Shown here: positions 48,940 to 59,039 of the stretch, in pieces
How positions within the stretch are numbered: the first letter of the stretch is position 1
Layout of the letters: every line of letters starts with the position of its first letter
NCBI RefSeq assembly: GCF_031769215.1
Contig: NW_026782835.1
Location: 1-60,977 of the forward strand
Length of the DNA: 60,977 nt
Source of the DNA: Ylistrum balloti
Taxonomy: Eukaryota
Direction of reading: 5' to 3'
The notes under the pieces: generated by a model
The model's database searches: none
The model's input: only the letters and a program-made list of their open reading frames with translations
Told to the model about the DNA's origin: nothing
Translations under genes and position numbers: made by a program

Positions 48940-49920
48940 TTATGTGCATAAAGATACTATAACTTCTCTTACATCTTTTGTATCGCGTAATGCATCCGCT
49001 ACCACTAATGCCTGCTTACTATTGCCGCAAAAACAAACAAGAGCTCCACCTCCACCTGCGCCACTCATCTTTGCTGCAATAGCCCCAGCGCGTATAGCGC
49101 ATTGCAATGCATGTTCTAATACATCGCTACTTAATCCTATATCTCGTAAAGTAGTGTGTATGGACTCTACAAGTATGCTAAATTCTTCTGTGTGCTTTTC
49201 TTGTATGTCCTGCTTCGTAAGCAATGCTATAGCCCTATTACTATCCGCAATAAGTTTTGATATATACTCTACACGCTGCAGCGCTGATTGCGCTCGAGCA
49301 ATAAGTGCTGCTACTTGCGTACTGCGAGGATACGATGCAGCCACTACTGCTAGATGTATGTGTGACTGGTAGCAGTGAAAAGAGGGGAAGCGTCCCTGTG
49401 TATTTGTATCACGCACTCTTTCTAGTACAAGGGCGCTTTCTTGCATGCTTAATGCGGTATCAATACCCGAAGAGGGTGAGTGAAAAAAATCCTCAAAAAG
49501 TGTCGCGAGTCGCCATAGTGTTGCGTGCTCTTCTGCGACGTTCTTTGTTGAGCTGTCTATGGTATACTGCGTACAGTACTGAGCATGTCCGTTATACTGA
49601 AGTATGCAGCTAGCCAGCGCGGTCGATAATGCTGCTGAAGAACCAAAACCACTTTGCTTGGGAATACTACTTGTAAGCTCTATACTTGCTGTTGGCACCT
49701 TTAAGTGTTCAGTTCTGCATACCACAGAAATATGTTCTAGAAACTTACGTAGTACTACATCTCTTTTTTTGAAACGAAGCTGCTTTCCATCTACACATAC
49801 TACTGCTTTCAAAACATTGGGAAGTGGGAGACCCAATGCTGAGGCACCATGAAAAATCAGGTGCTCACCAAATAATAGCACTTTTCCTCTCATCTCTGCA
49901 TGGATGGGTGTTGTATGCAT
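48940..49920 (-). CDS. mvaK1: Mevalonate kinase
   Basis: GKVLLFGEH, IPKQSGFGSSAA (GHMP), H..SSGID, KMSGAGGGG; operon context. Confidence 0.85.
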   Translation of the reverse strand: MHTTPIHAEMRGKVLLFGEHLIFHGASALGLPLPNVLKAVVCVDGKQLRFKKRDVVLRKFLEHISVVCRTEHLKVPTASIELTSSIPKQSGFGSSAALSTALASCILQYNGHAQYCTQYTIDSSTKNVAEEHATLWRLATLFEDFFHSPSSGIDTALSMQESALVLERVRDTNTQGRFPSFHCYQSHIHLAVVAASYPRSTQVAALIARAQSALQRVEYISKLIADSNRAIALLTKQDIQEKHTEEFSILVESIHTTLRDIGLSSDVLEHALQCAIRAGAIAAKMSGAGGGGALVCFCGNSKQALVVADALRDTKDVREVIVSLCT

Positions 49921-49955
49921 GACTCTCTTTATTATACTAGTTATTATACTAGCAT

Positions 49956-50984
49956 CTAGTATTCTCTACGAAAGCCTCCAGAGAATCGTATGACTTCGTA
50001 CTTCGCCTTTGCGTCTTCTTTGTGTGGGTGCATATCGTGTTTTTTACTGCTATGAAGAATACCCACCCCGCACTCATTTCCAGCGCCACTTGCCTTCCAT
50101 GTCAGTACTTGGGTGGGAGGAGATATTTCTGCACATACTGAGATATACTCTCCTAAGCGTAGTCCTAGGTTCCTTAGCGCATCGATGCTACGCAGTAACG
50201 TACGCATCTCTCTTGCCGCAATGCATTGCTGTAGTGTGGCATCGTAGTCTCTGCGAAGTGTAGTGTAGCTGTGAAACGCTCTTTGCTTCCAGTGCTTATA
50301 ATGCGTAAGGGCATCTCTGCTAGAAACGCTGTTCTCTGTGTTATTCCAGCGTATCCATGTAAAATTCTGCAGGTATGAAACTGCTACCGTACTTAATACA
50401 TTTCTGTTTCCCTTGTCAGATGCTGTGCGAGAAATAAGATTGCTGCCTCCTGTTGCTGATGCGTATACATCGTAGCCACTTCCTTGCCCTCCCTGCCACA
50501 GATAGTGCACACATTGCGCGCCTTCTCGGAGTATGTCTGCTTCCGCAACTGGATCTAAACCGTGAAGTAACATATGTGCAGCTGACACGAGTATTGATGC
50601 ACATGCACTGGAGCCAAGTCCTAGTTTTTGATTACTTGTAGCAGAAAAAAGCGACGATGTATCTACTTCTAAAAAGAGGTATTCGTCCTCAGATAATATG
50701 TTTTTTGCATACTTATTCTGCTTATTATAGAGAGTAGGTAGTATGGTGTCAGCGCATCGCCAAAAATCGCAGTCGCTATGCCTGTGATATTGTATGCACA
50801 TTCCCTTATATCTGCTTTGCATGCATACAGGTGTTGTAGCATCTTTCTTTTTCCGTACTTGAACTGTAAGATACGAGCGTGGTTCTACTGCAAAGCACAG
50901 ACCAGCCCCATCGCTTTCTGTAAGAATGTATTCCCCACACAACAGCATATTAGAAGCTACGCTGTACTGGCGCTTATGAAACAT
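49956..50984 (-). CDS. mvaK2: Phosphomevalonate kinase
   Basis: ASNMLLCGEY, KLGLGSSA, GSGYDV, KASGAGNECG; operon context. Confidence 0.8.
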   Translation of the reverse strand: MFHKRQYSVASNMLLCGEYILTESDGAGLCFAVEPRSYLTVQVRKKKDATTPVCMQSRYKGMCIQYHRHSDCDFWRCADTILPTLYNKQNKYAKNILSEDEYLFLEVDTSSLFSATSNQKLGLGSSACASILVSAAHMLLHGLDPVAEADILREGAQCVHYLWQGGQGSGYDVYASATGGSNLISRTASDKGNRNVLSTVAVSYLQNFTWIRWNNTENSVSSRDALTHYKHWKQRAFHSYTTLRRDYDATLQQCIAAREMRTLLRSIDALRNLGLRLGEYISVCAEISPPTQVLTWKASGAGNECGVGILHSSKKHDMHPHKEDAKAKYEVIRFSGGFRREY

Positions 50985-51930
50985 CTACACTACTTGCGCC
51001 CTTTCCAAGTTTACATAGCGTATATTCAATATTGGGGAGCTGCTCCTTTACTTTTTGTAATATTGTGTTAACATCCTTCTCTTCTACCAAGTACTTTACC
51101 TGTGGTCCAGCATCCATAGTTTCCCATACTGATACTCCATGCATGCGGAGTTCGTTAGCTATCGAGATAAGTTGCAGGCTTGTCGGTTGCCAATACACTA
51201 CAGGTTTCATGCTTGCAATCATAACTGCATGCATTGCTCTGTAGCTCGCTCCGGCAAGAAATCCTAATTGCTCCAAATCTTTATTACGTATAGCATGGAG
51301 CATGTCGCGCGTTAACATCGTATTATAACGTAGCCATTCTGAATAATAAGGAGAATGTTTTTTGCAAATCTGCATAGCTTCTCGAGAGGTAATTTTTTTC
51401 TTCTCAGAACTTACAATAAAGACAATAACACGTAAATCTGGCCAGTACTGCTCATTCTCTATTTGAGAGGCATATTCCATGCCCTGCTTCCAAATAGTAA
51501 ACCCCGAAAAAATAGATCTGCATGCAGAACCAGAACCAAGACGTGCATACTGAGAAAGCTCAGTCTTAGGCACAGAAAGGCCAAAGATATTAACCAGTCC
51601 CACCGTGAGAGCAGCAATACCCGAAGCTGAACTCGCAAAGCCTGCTCCTGTAGGAAAAGAATTATACGATGTTATTTTTACATGCTCATATGTGCGGTTA
51701 CTGTTCCTTTTTATTTGATTGAGAGTTGGTGCAATAATATCCAAGGAATGCTGTTCCCCATTCAACATAAGGCTATCTTTATTTGACTTTTCTATTTCTA
51801 CCGAAGATTTAAGCGTATCGAGGGTTATTGCTATGTTTGTGCACGCTGGTATATTTATTCCATTATTTTCCTTTCCCCAGTATTTAATTAAAGCAAGAGA
51901 GGGGCCTGCGCTGGCTAGTATCTTCTTCAT
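50974..51930 (-). CDS. mvaD: Diphosphomevalonate decarboxylase
   Basis: LALIKYWGK, FPTGAGFASSASG, ARLGSGSACRS, SREAM, TMDAGPQVK. Confidence 0.93.
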   Translation of the reverse strand: MKKILASAGPSLALIKYWGKENNGINIPACTNIAITLDTLKSSVEIEKSNKDSLMLNGEQHSLDIIAPTLNQIKRNSNRTYEHVKITSYNSFPTGAGFASSASGIAALTVGLVNIFGLSVPKTELSQYARLGSGSACRSIFSGFTIWKQGMEYASQIENEQYWPDLRVIVFIVSSEKKKITSREAMQICKKHSPYYSEWLRYNTMLTRDMLHAIRNKDLEQLGFLAGASYRAMHAVMIASMKPVVYWQPTSLQLISIANELRMHGVSVWETMDAGPQVKYLVEEKDVNTILQKVKEQLPNIEYTLCKLGKGASSVDVS

Positions 51931-53111
51931 AGTTTTTTTTCTGTATGTATAGTTCTTTTGTTATGGAATTTTTTATGCCCATACTGTATACCTATATCCA
52001 CCAACGCCAATATGGCAGCTAGGTTTTGTGCAATCCCCAACGCCGCAGCGATGCAGTTGAGCTGCTGGGCATGAATATCTTTACCGTGGTTTATACTCAT
52101 GATGTGTCGACTCCATTCTGCAAGAGGGTGTGATGTCCCACCACCTACGGTAGCAAGTACCGAAGGCATCTGCAGTACCCCAGAAAGCATACCCTCACTA
52201 TAACTAAAACGCGAGAGTGGTTGGTAATGCGAGTGGTGTTGCGTGCCTTTGCGTATAGCCGAAGCAAACGCGTGGAACTGTGCAGCTAATGCCCGTGTAT
52301 CATTTCCGGTAACCAATGCTAACCCATTCACTGCATTCATAACCCCCTTATTATGCGTAACAGCTCTATAGACATCTTCCTCTGCCCACTTACTCATCAT
52401 CTCTATTCTCTTTGCTAATTCCTTGCCACTGTAACGTGAAGATCGAAGGCGTGAGCTTGGAATTGTAAACTCTGCCTCTGCTATTCTCTCAAGACTGTAA
52501 TTACTAAGAATAGATGCAAGACATGTTCCTCCACTTAACTCTTCTAGCAGTGGTGCTAGTGCTTCGGCTGCTGCGGTAACTATATTGGCCCCTAAAGCAT
52601 TACGTACATCTACACTAAAATAAAATACAAACATACCATTAGGTAAGCGTCTATACTCAGAAGACCTTAGGCCTCCTCCTCGCATATGCATGCGCAATAG
52701 TAACTCCATCAATCTATCCTGTATTTTTTTCCATTCTTTTCGTAAGACTTCTTCTCCTGCACTACTTACATCTAGTAGCGCTATTTGTGCGGTCTGTAGT
52801 GCTGGGCCACACTTCGCCTGTATTCCTTGTTCGGTATCCAGTATACTTGCAGTGTAATTCGCCGCCGATATTACTGACGCTTCTTCAGTGGCAACTGGAA
52901 CATGGACATACTCGCCGTTTACATACACATTCCGTACTATTCCTATGGGTACACCAAAGATACCCACAGGTATTTCTATCATAGTATCAGCTAGTGCAAT
53001 GAAATCATCGTGTGGGAGAAGGTAGTTCTTGATCTTCTCACTATACACCGATGTGTAGTCACTGTTTCCATTATGTACCATCTCGGTGAGGCATTCTATT
53101 CTCTCTTGCAT
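51927..53111 (-). CDS. mvaA: Class II HMG-CoA reductase
   Basis: VPVATEEASVI, RGGG, DVRNALGANIV, THNKGVMN, TGNDTRA, TVGG, QNLAA..AL...GIQ.GH. Confidence 0.9.
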   Translation of the reverse strand: MQERIECLTEMVHNGNSDYTSVYSEKIKNYLLPHDDFIALADTMIEIPVGIFGVPIGIVRNVYVNGEYVHVPVATEEASVISAANYTASILDTEQGIQAKCGPALQTAQIALLDVSSAGEEVLRKEWKKIQDRLMELLLRMHMRGGGLRSSEYRRLPNGMFVFYFSVDVRNALGANIVTAAAEALAPLLEELSGGTCLASILSNYSLERIAEAEFTIPSSRLRSSRYSGKELAKRIEMMSKWAEEDVYRAVTHNKGVMNAVNGLALVTGNDTRALAAQFHAFASAIRKGTQHHSHYQPLSRFSYSEGMLSGVLQMPSVLATVGGGTSHPLAEWSRHIMSINHGKDIHAQQLNCIAAALGIAQNLAAILALVDIGIQYGHKKFHNKRTIHTEKKL

Positions 53112-53186
53112 TGTCTTCCTACGAAATGAAGCTCTTAGTTTTTTTTGAGAATACTTGTTTCTATTATTAATATAGTACGTCCTTTA

Positions 53187-54305
53187 CTAATTCCAAGTAG
53201 TATTACTTCTTAGTACCTGCTTGTTTACTTTTTCTGGTAATACCAAACCCATTGCTCTGCTGTAAGAAAGAAGAGCGAACTGGAGATCAGCATTCATCCA
53301 AAAAGGAAGAGCGGATACTTCTTTTACATTTCTTGCCTTAGATAAGAGCATAAACTGTTTTAATTGCTGTGTGAGCATTGATATGTACTCGCGCAATACC
53401 TCTATGCTTTTTGCTGCCGCTCTTACTATGGGCAACGCAATCCCAACAGCTTTACTCCCTAGCACAAGACTGATAAGCACATCGCGGGCGTTGCGTATAC
53501 CACCCGATGCAAGGCGTCCTTCCATGCCATAACTCAAAAGTAGTAGCAGTACGCTGGGGTGCCCCCAGTGATCATAGCTTGCAAAGGCCTGCTCTTGCTG
53601 ATAATGGTATCCTTGTGCATTATTCATAAGCTCTATTTTTGCCCAATTACTCCCACCTGCACCCGCAATATCTACATACCGCGCTCCTATTCCTAACAAG
53701 TACTGCATTTCAGACGGATGCAGTCCCATGCCTGTCTCTTTTACAATAACAGGTACTGTACTCTTTGCTATGTATTCTCTTAGCGCTTCCTGTATCCCCT
53801 GAAAATTTCTTGCACCGTGCCTCTGACACAGTTCTTGTGCGGGGTTTAGATGAAACACTAGTGCATCCGCCTGCAGCTCTGAGAGCACAGAATCTAAGAC
53901 TGTAGTATTTTTCATATCAAGGAGTTGCACAGCCCCTAGGTTGGCAAGTAATGGCACGGATGGCGCTATCTTTTTTAACTGAAATTCAGCAAGTAAACGC
54001 GGGTTCTCTAACAGCACACGTATAGAACCAAGTCCTACAGGAATACCAAATTCCTCAGCTACCTTTGCAAATTTCTTATTCATACTATACGCTTCTTCAG
54101 AGCCTCCAGTCATGCAAGATATAAATATAGGATAACGTATCTTCTGTCCAAGAAATTCACTGCTAGTATCTATTGCTTCGTAGTCTAATTCGGGAAGAGA
54201 ATAGTGAGACAGAAAAATAGAAGAAAAAAAGCTCTTATTGCTTTCTACATCACTATTAATACAGATATCTAGGTGTGCTTTCTTTCTTGATATAATATCA
54301 TTCAT
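53187..54305 (-). CDS. fni: Type 2 isopentenyl-diphosphate isomerase (FMN-dependent)
   Basis: RKKAHL, ISCMTGG, GLGS, ANLGAVQL, HLNPAQE, IVKETG.G, DIAGAGGSNW, ASGGIR. Confidence 0.94.
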   Translation of the reverse strand: MNDIISRKKAHLDICINSDVESNKSFFSSIFLSHYSLPELDYEAIDTSSEFLGQKIRYPIFISCMTGGSEEAYSMNKKFAKVAEEFGIPVGLGSIRVLLENPRLLAEFQLKKIAPSVPLLANLGAVQLLDMKNTTVLDSVLSELQADALVFHLNPAQELCQRHGARNFQGIQEALREYIAKSTVPVIVKETGMGLHPSEMQYLLGIGARYVDIAGAGGSNWAKIELMNNAQGYHYQQEQAFASYDHWGHPSVLLLLLSYGMEGRLASGGIRNARDVLISLVLGSKAVGIALPIVRAAAKSIEVLREYISMLTQQLKQFMLLSKARNVKEVSALPFWMNADLQFALLSYSRAMGLVLPEKVNKQVLRSNTTWN

Positions 54306-55564
54306 GGTGACTGGCTATACACCCTGTACCCATCTTCTCGTATCCTCGAAAGGTAGAATGACTTTGATTGTATTGTATTGAGATCTTTTTCATTAGGGGG
54401 GATAGCATCGTGGTGCTGCATCCACGTACTATATACTTGGGTTTCAACATCGTTGCCAGTTTGTAATTGATCACACAAAGACCACGACTGGATAACTTCA
54501 GGCGCTTGTTGTGCAACGCGGCCAGGAATTACCATAGAAGTATTTCCCGACCCATAGCTCAGTACGAGCACTTTTTTGCCTACTATGCTTTCTTGTACTG
54601 CTTCGTACTGCTTACTAAGCAGATACCCCATAGAAAAAAAGAGAGAAGATGTATAGGTGTTACCAATCCATGATATTACCTCAGAGGCTTGCTGTATATG
54701 TTTATTATCTAGAAACTCTTCTATTTTTTGAAGAGACCACTTCAATTTTCGCTTAAAGATATATTCTAGTGCTATTGTCGACATAGTAGCAAAGGGAAGG
54801 TGGAAAAAGAAGTAGTGGGTCTCTTCGCATATCTCGGTAATACTTTTCCCTACACTTTCAGCGCAATCTAATAGTGCATTGTACACAGAATCAAGATAGC
54901 ATTTCATAGAATACTGACCACGCACCTTGGCAGTACTGCTGTTATTGGGGCGAAAAAAATCGTCTGTGTCTTCTGAGTACAGTCCCACATTGTGAATATC
55001 AAGAGAGAGTAGCCTTGGATGTTTTTTTAAGTATACAGAGACAGATCCAGCACCCTGTGTTATTTCTGCAGTGGTATTTGCTTCATAACGTGCAATATCA
55101 GTCATGCTTACCAGCGCAGTTGATGCCCTCTTGGCGCTTGAAATCATACCAAGACATTGCATAATGCTTATAACCCCTCCAGCACAGGCATGCTGTGTCT
55201 GATACGTACTTACATTAGAGGGAATACGTATACCCACCTTTTGTAATATTCCTATTATATATGCTGATATGGGTTTTGAAGCGTCTACTGATGTTTCTGT
55301 TGCGGATACTACAAAACGGAGTGCTTCCAATGATATATTCTGCAGTAGATCTAGTACGGATTCAGTTGCTAAGCAAACAGAATCCTGCCAACTTTGGGTA
55401 ATTCTTATGCATTTCTGCCCTGTAGTTTTTACCGCATTTTGCATCCTAGCAAACGTTTCCGGATACTCTTTGAAAGCTTTTTCTAGTAAAAGTTGAACTG
55501 GCACTCTGGGTTTGGGTATGTAGTACCCAATATTGTCAATCCCTACTGTCTCTTTACTGATCAT
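54302..55564 (-). CDS. mvaS: Hydroxymethylglutaryl-CoA synthase
   Basis: VGID.I.YY.P, TETSVD.SK, HACAGG (Cys), TQGAG.V, FHLPF, GNTYTSS, SYGSG. Confidence 0.92.
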   Translation of the reverse strand: MISKETVGIDNIGYYIPKPRVPVQLLLEKAFKEYPETFARMQNAVKTTGQKCIRITQSWQDSVCLATESVLDLLQNISLEALRFVVSATETSVDASKPISAYIIGILQKVGIRIPSNVSTYQTQHACAGGVISIMQCLGMISSAKRASTALVSMTDIARYEANTTAEITQGAGSVSVYLKKHPRLLSLDIHNVGLYSEDTDDFFRPNNSSTAKVRGQYSMKCYLDSVYNALLDCAESVGKSITEICEETHYFFFHLPFATMSTIALEYIFKRKLKWSLQKIEEFLDNKHIQQASEVISWIGNTYTSSLFFSMGYLLSKQYEAVQESIVGKKVLVLSYGSGNTSMVIPGRVAQQAPEVIQSWSLCDQLQTGNDVETQVYSTWMQHHDAIPPNEKDLNTIQSKSFYLSRIREDGYRVYSQSP

Positions 55565-55848
55565 TGCCTTTCTTAGTTATAGAAAAAGTAGAAATTATAT
55601 CTGTAACAATTTCTGATAATTGTTTTCTTATAATGTTTATAATACGTACTGTTTGTAATGATTGTGCAATACCTGGTGCTCCCCTTCTTTGCTCTAAAGG
55701 TGGTGATGCTTTTATTACCATAGGTGCATATACCATATACCATAATTATAGCATATAAGCAAATACCACACAAAGCTCGAAGCAACTAAGAAGCACCATA
55801 GGGCAAAATACACAGCCGTTGTGATATTCTATATAATTGCGTCTCAAT

Positions 55849-56709
55849 CTACAGTATACGCACTGATATCTCAGCCTTGACAATTCCAGTATAGTTATCA
55901 ACACCTTTTGCATACACTGTGTATATCATTTCAGTAGCAGGGGGGGCATGTGCGAGTACAGATACCACTCCAGTATTTTTATCAATAACAACGTTTGTGT
56001 TGCTTGGAGCAATACTATAAGTAATACCCTGCTCGGATGACTCACCCTCCCATATAGGTGCGCTGATTATTTCTTTCCCTTTGTCTTTATCTGCAACAAT
56101 GTGCGAATAACGTAGTATACCTAAAACAGGGAACGCTGTAACATCAATAACTACATGTGAAGATACGCTGCCGCCACATTGTCCTATTCCTTGTGCCACT
56201 ACCGTAAAACGAGCGCCTTGCATCACTTGCGCCTCGGAGGTAACAATTATATCTCCTGTAAACGAATCAATAAGCACGCCAGATCTTGTTGGCGAGAGAT
56301 TGTAATGAACTGTTTGGTATTTATTTTTTCGCTTTCTCCATATTGGTGGGCTTGTTGCAATAGAGCTGTATCTCATTTCTATTTTATTATATTCTAATGT
56401 TCCTGTAATGAGGGATACCAGCGCTTCCACTGTAATGCTTGTACGAGCAAGTTCAGTGTCTGCATCTTTAGAATGCAAAGATACTATATACGATGTTTTT
56501 TTTCTTACTTCTTTCACAAAGACAGATACAGCTCCTGTATCCTTATCAATGCTAATGCCTGCATCATTGTTTGTGTTAATTCTGTAGAATATAGTATTCA
56601 AGGGTTTTTCTGTGTTCCATTTTGGAACAGAAACAGCTAGTGAACCGACTTCAACATGTACACTGCGATACGAAAACGCATATTTTTGAGCGCTTTTTTT
56701 CTGCAACAT
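55849..56709 (-). CDS. Hypothetical protein with three Ig/cadherin-like repeats
   Basis: Three roughly 95-aa units with P.W, Y.I/L, I.ID..TG.V.V and closing beta strands; AAGGAG SD supports start ATG 56709. Confidence 0.65.
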   Translation of the reverse strand: MLQKKSAQKYAFSYRSVHVEVGSLAVSVPKWNTEKPLNTIFYRINTNNDAGISIDKDTGAVSVFVKEVRKKTSYIVSLHSKDADTELARTSITVEALVSLITGTLEYNKIEMRYSSIATSPPIWRKRKNKYQTVHYNLSPTRSGVLIDSFTGDIIVTSEAQVMQGARFTVVAQGIGQCGGSVSSHVVIDVTAFPVLGILRYSHIVADKDKGKEIISAPIWEGESSEQGITYSIAPSNTNVVIDKNTGVVSVLAHAPPATEMIYTVYAKGVDNYTGIVKAEISVRIL

Positions 56710-57146
56710 ACTTTTCTCCTTTTCTATATAAGTGCTAATATGCACTCACATAAAGTTTCTTATATATATATCATTGCTTGCTATAATAAAAACACAAGAT
56801 CACATTTTTCATGAGTAGACACAGCGGGAACAAAGAGAAACTGGGTGTATTACTTGTCTTTACATAGCTCACGTACCCACTATAAGTGAATAATTATAAA
56901 TAACAACTATTGTTTTTTTAATCTAATTTATTAATTATAATATAATTAATATTATGTATGTTTTTATATATAATATTTTATATAAATTATATTGTATATA
57001 AATATATAACAATATACAGGGTATGATTATTTATTGCATAGGTAGGGAATATCTACTTGAACACGACATTCTGTATGTACATTTGCTATACCATGTGTAT
57101 ATTTCTAATATACATAGCACTCTATATTATGAAATAAGCATAAGGC

Positions 57147-59039
57147 TTAGGGGTAGAGGGGGTGCCAACTTCTTTCTTGGGGTATCCACCATACAAATTC
57201 TGAATCATCGATATACTCTTGCTTCATAAGATACCAAAGTGGGATACGCTTTCGCTCTAGTCTTTGGAGTGAAGCACTCCATGTGTCAAGAAATGCATAT
57301 AGTTCGGTATGCTCTGTACCTTCTATTTCTAAAAATTCATTTCGGAACTGTATCATACCATCTTCTTCCTTCTGTGTCGTGGTATTTGCTTGCTGCCAGA
57401 GTAAAAAGAAATATGTAAGAGCTGTATCTGTCTGAGGAAAGAACGAGCGAAATATAACATCATACTCTTCATCGCTCAATCCTAGATCTATACTCAAAGA
57501 AGTGGAATTCTGAATACGTAGCAACTCTACCTCTATACCTATACGTTGCACAAGCAGATCTGCGAAAGATTTTGCTGCATCTCGTAAAAAATCCTCGTCG
57601 TAGCCTATGCGTAGTATACGTTGCTCCTGCTCTTGCGTACGTGCAGCATATGCTCGGAGCACATCTGTATACGAGCGTAGCTCCATAAGCTGAGCAAGAC
57701 GTATAATACCAATGCTGTTTTCTTCTTCTCCCAATACGATATCAAATGCATCAACGGTTTCGGGGTTGCCTTCAGTATAGTTTGTGTCCGAAAAATTGTA
57801 TCTAGAACGGAAATAAGGCATAAGGAACTGTGTTGCTTTTTGGGTTTCTGGGGATCCGTGAAGAGAGCGTAGCTCTTCTGTTATATGTGCTACCCCTCTT
57901 TCTACATATGCTTTGCGTACGTCCTCCAAGGGGTCGCCAAGCACGCTGTCTTCAGGGAGAGTATAGTCTTCCTCTGCGAATTGTGCATGAAAAAAAGAGT
58001 TTATGGGGATATCAAGAAACACCAGCCCTGCCATAGTGCGATGTAGCTGTGTAGCATACTCCTGCGTTACGGAGCTGTTTTCTGTGGTAGTAGCATTACG
58101 TCTTACCCAGTCCACGCGTCCTCTTCCTTTTTCTGCGTACAATTCCATTTGCTGCTGCTTAGGCACCCCAGTATATACCTGTAGCTGTTCCACCCAGGGC
58201 TGTACCCAAAAATCTTTGTTTGCCTGTAGTGTAAGTTCAGTACTAGTAATGCTATGCGGAAGAAATGCACCGGCACCTAACCATGTTTCAGAGGAGAGAA
58301 GCATGCTATTTGCTGGTGGACTGACACGAAAATCATATATAGGCAATACAGCTGATTGTGGGTGAGCAAGAAGCTGTAGCAATGGCGCTTCCTTGTTTCT
58401 TACTTGTATAGAAAGAGCATCTTCGTCTTTACTTGTAATACCAACGGTGTCTGCAGCATTACGTAGCTCTTCCTCTGTTGCGGTAGCGGGGAGCATAGCA
58501 AGCTCTTCTGCTCCTACAATACTATGCGCAAGCAGTAGGGAGAACTCTGTCTTGATCTTCGGCGTCATGCTACGTAATATACTTTGCATCACCTGTGTCG
58601 CAGTTATGCGGGTTCCATCTGTCCAATACGCTTCTCTTAGGGTAAATGTGTAGCGAAACATACTATCGTCCTCTTCAAAACTCCAGTATTGCGCTAATGC
58701 AGGGCTTGCTTGCAAACTTATAGGGTTGTAGTTGAGTAGGGTTGCAAAGAGACTATGGGTAATTTGTAGTAGCTCTGTTTCTAATACGGCGTGAGGGTCT
58801 ATTTCTGATACTTGAGACTCTATTGCAAAGCGAAACGTTCTATTCCTTCTCAGGGAGTCTAATTGAATATCATCGAATGCCTCACGTGATACTGATGGAG
58901 CTACGCGTTCTTGGGCTAACGTATGGGTATCTGCAACAGCTCTACTCTCTACACTCTGCTCGTTTACGCAGGAAGAAAGTATAACGAGAAGAAGATAAAA
59001 AACTAGATATAAATATCTATTTGGAAAAGAATTCCACAA
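57147..59039 (-). CDS. Peptide ABC transporter substrate-binding lipoprotein (OppA-like, family 5)
   Basis: Lipobox LSSC, IDPH, LF..LL.Y, PALA..W, YTFTLR..A.WTDG..ITA, GAG.F; divergent C-terminal half. Confidence 0.8.
   Translation of the reverse strand: MWNSFPNRYLYLVFYLLLVILSSCVNEQSVESRAVADTHTLAQERVAPSVSREAFDDIQLDSLRRNRTFRFAIESQVSEIDPHAVLETELLQITHSLFATLLNYNPISLQASPALAQYWSFEEDDSMFRYTFTLREAYWTDGTRITATQVMQSILRSMTPKIKTEFSLLLAHSIVGAEELAMLPATATEEELRNAADTVGITSKDEDALSIQVRNKEAPLLQLLAHPQSAVLPIYDFRVSPPANSMLLSSETWLGAGAFLPHSITSTELTLQANKDFWVQPWVEQLQVYTGVPKQQQMELYAEKGRGRVDWVRRNATTTENSSVTQEYATQLHRTMAGLVFLDIPINSFFHAQFAEEDYTLPEDSVLGDPLEDVRKAYVERGVAHITEELRSLHGSPETQKATQFLMPYFRSRYNFSDTNYTEGNPETVDAFDIVLGEEENSIGIIRLAQLMELRSYTDVLRAYAARTQEQEQRILRIGYDEDFLRDAAKSFADLLVQRIGIEVELLRIQNSTSLSIDLGLSDEEYDVIFRSFFPQTDTALTYFFLLWQQANTTTQKEEDGMIQFRNEFLEIEGTEHTELYAFLDTWSASLQRLERKRIPLWYLMKQEYIDDSEFVWWIPQERSWHPLYP

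Noticed and set aside
55554-55785. Three short overlapping ORFs between mvaS and the repeat-protein gene
   Set aside because: No motifs, mutually overlapping, no convincing SD; treated as intergenic.
56885-57020. AT-rich tract as a replication origin
   Set aside because: No TTATCCACA-type DnaA boxes seen, no dnaA/dnaN nearby and no obvious strand-skew switch by eye.
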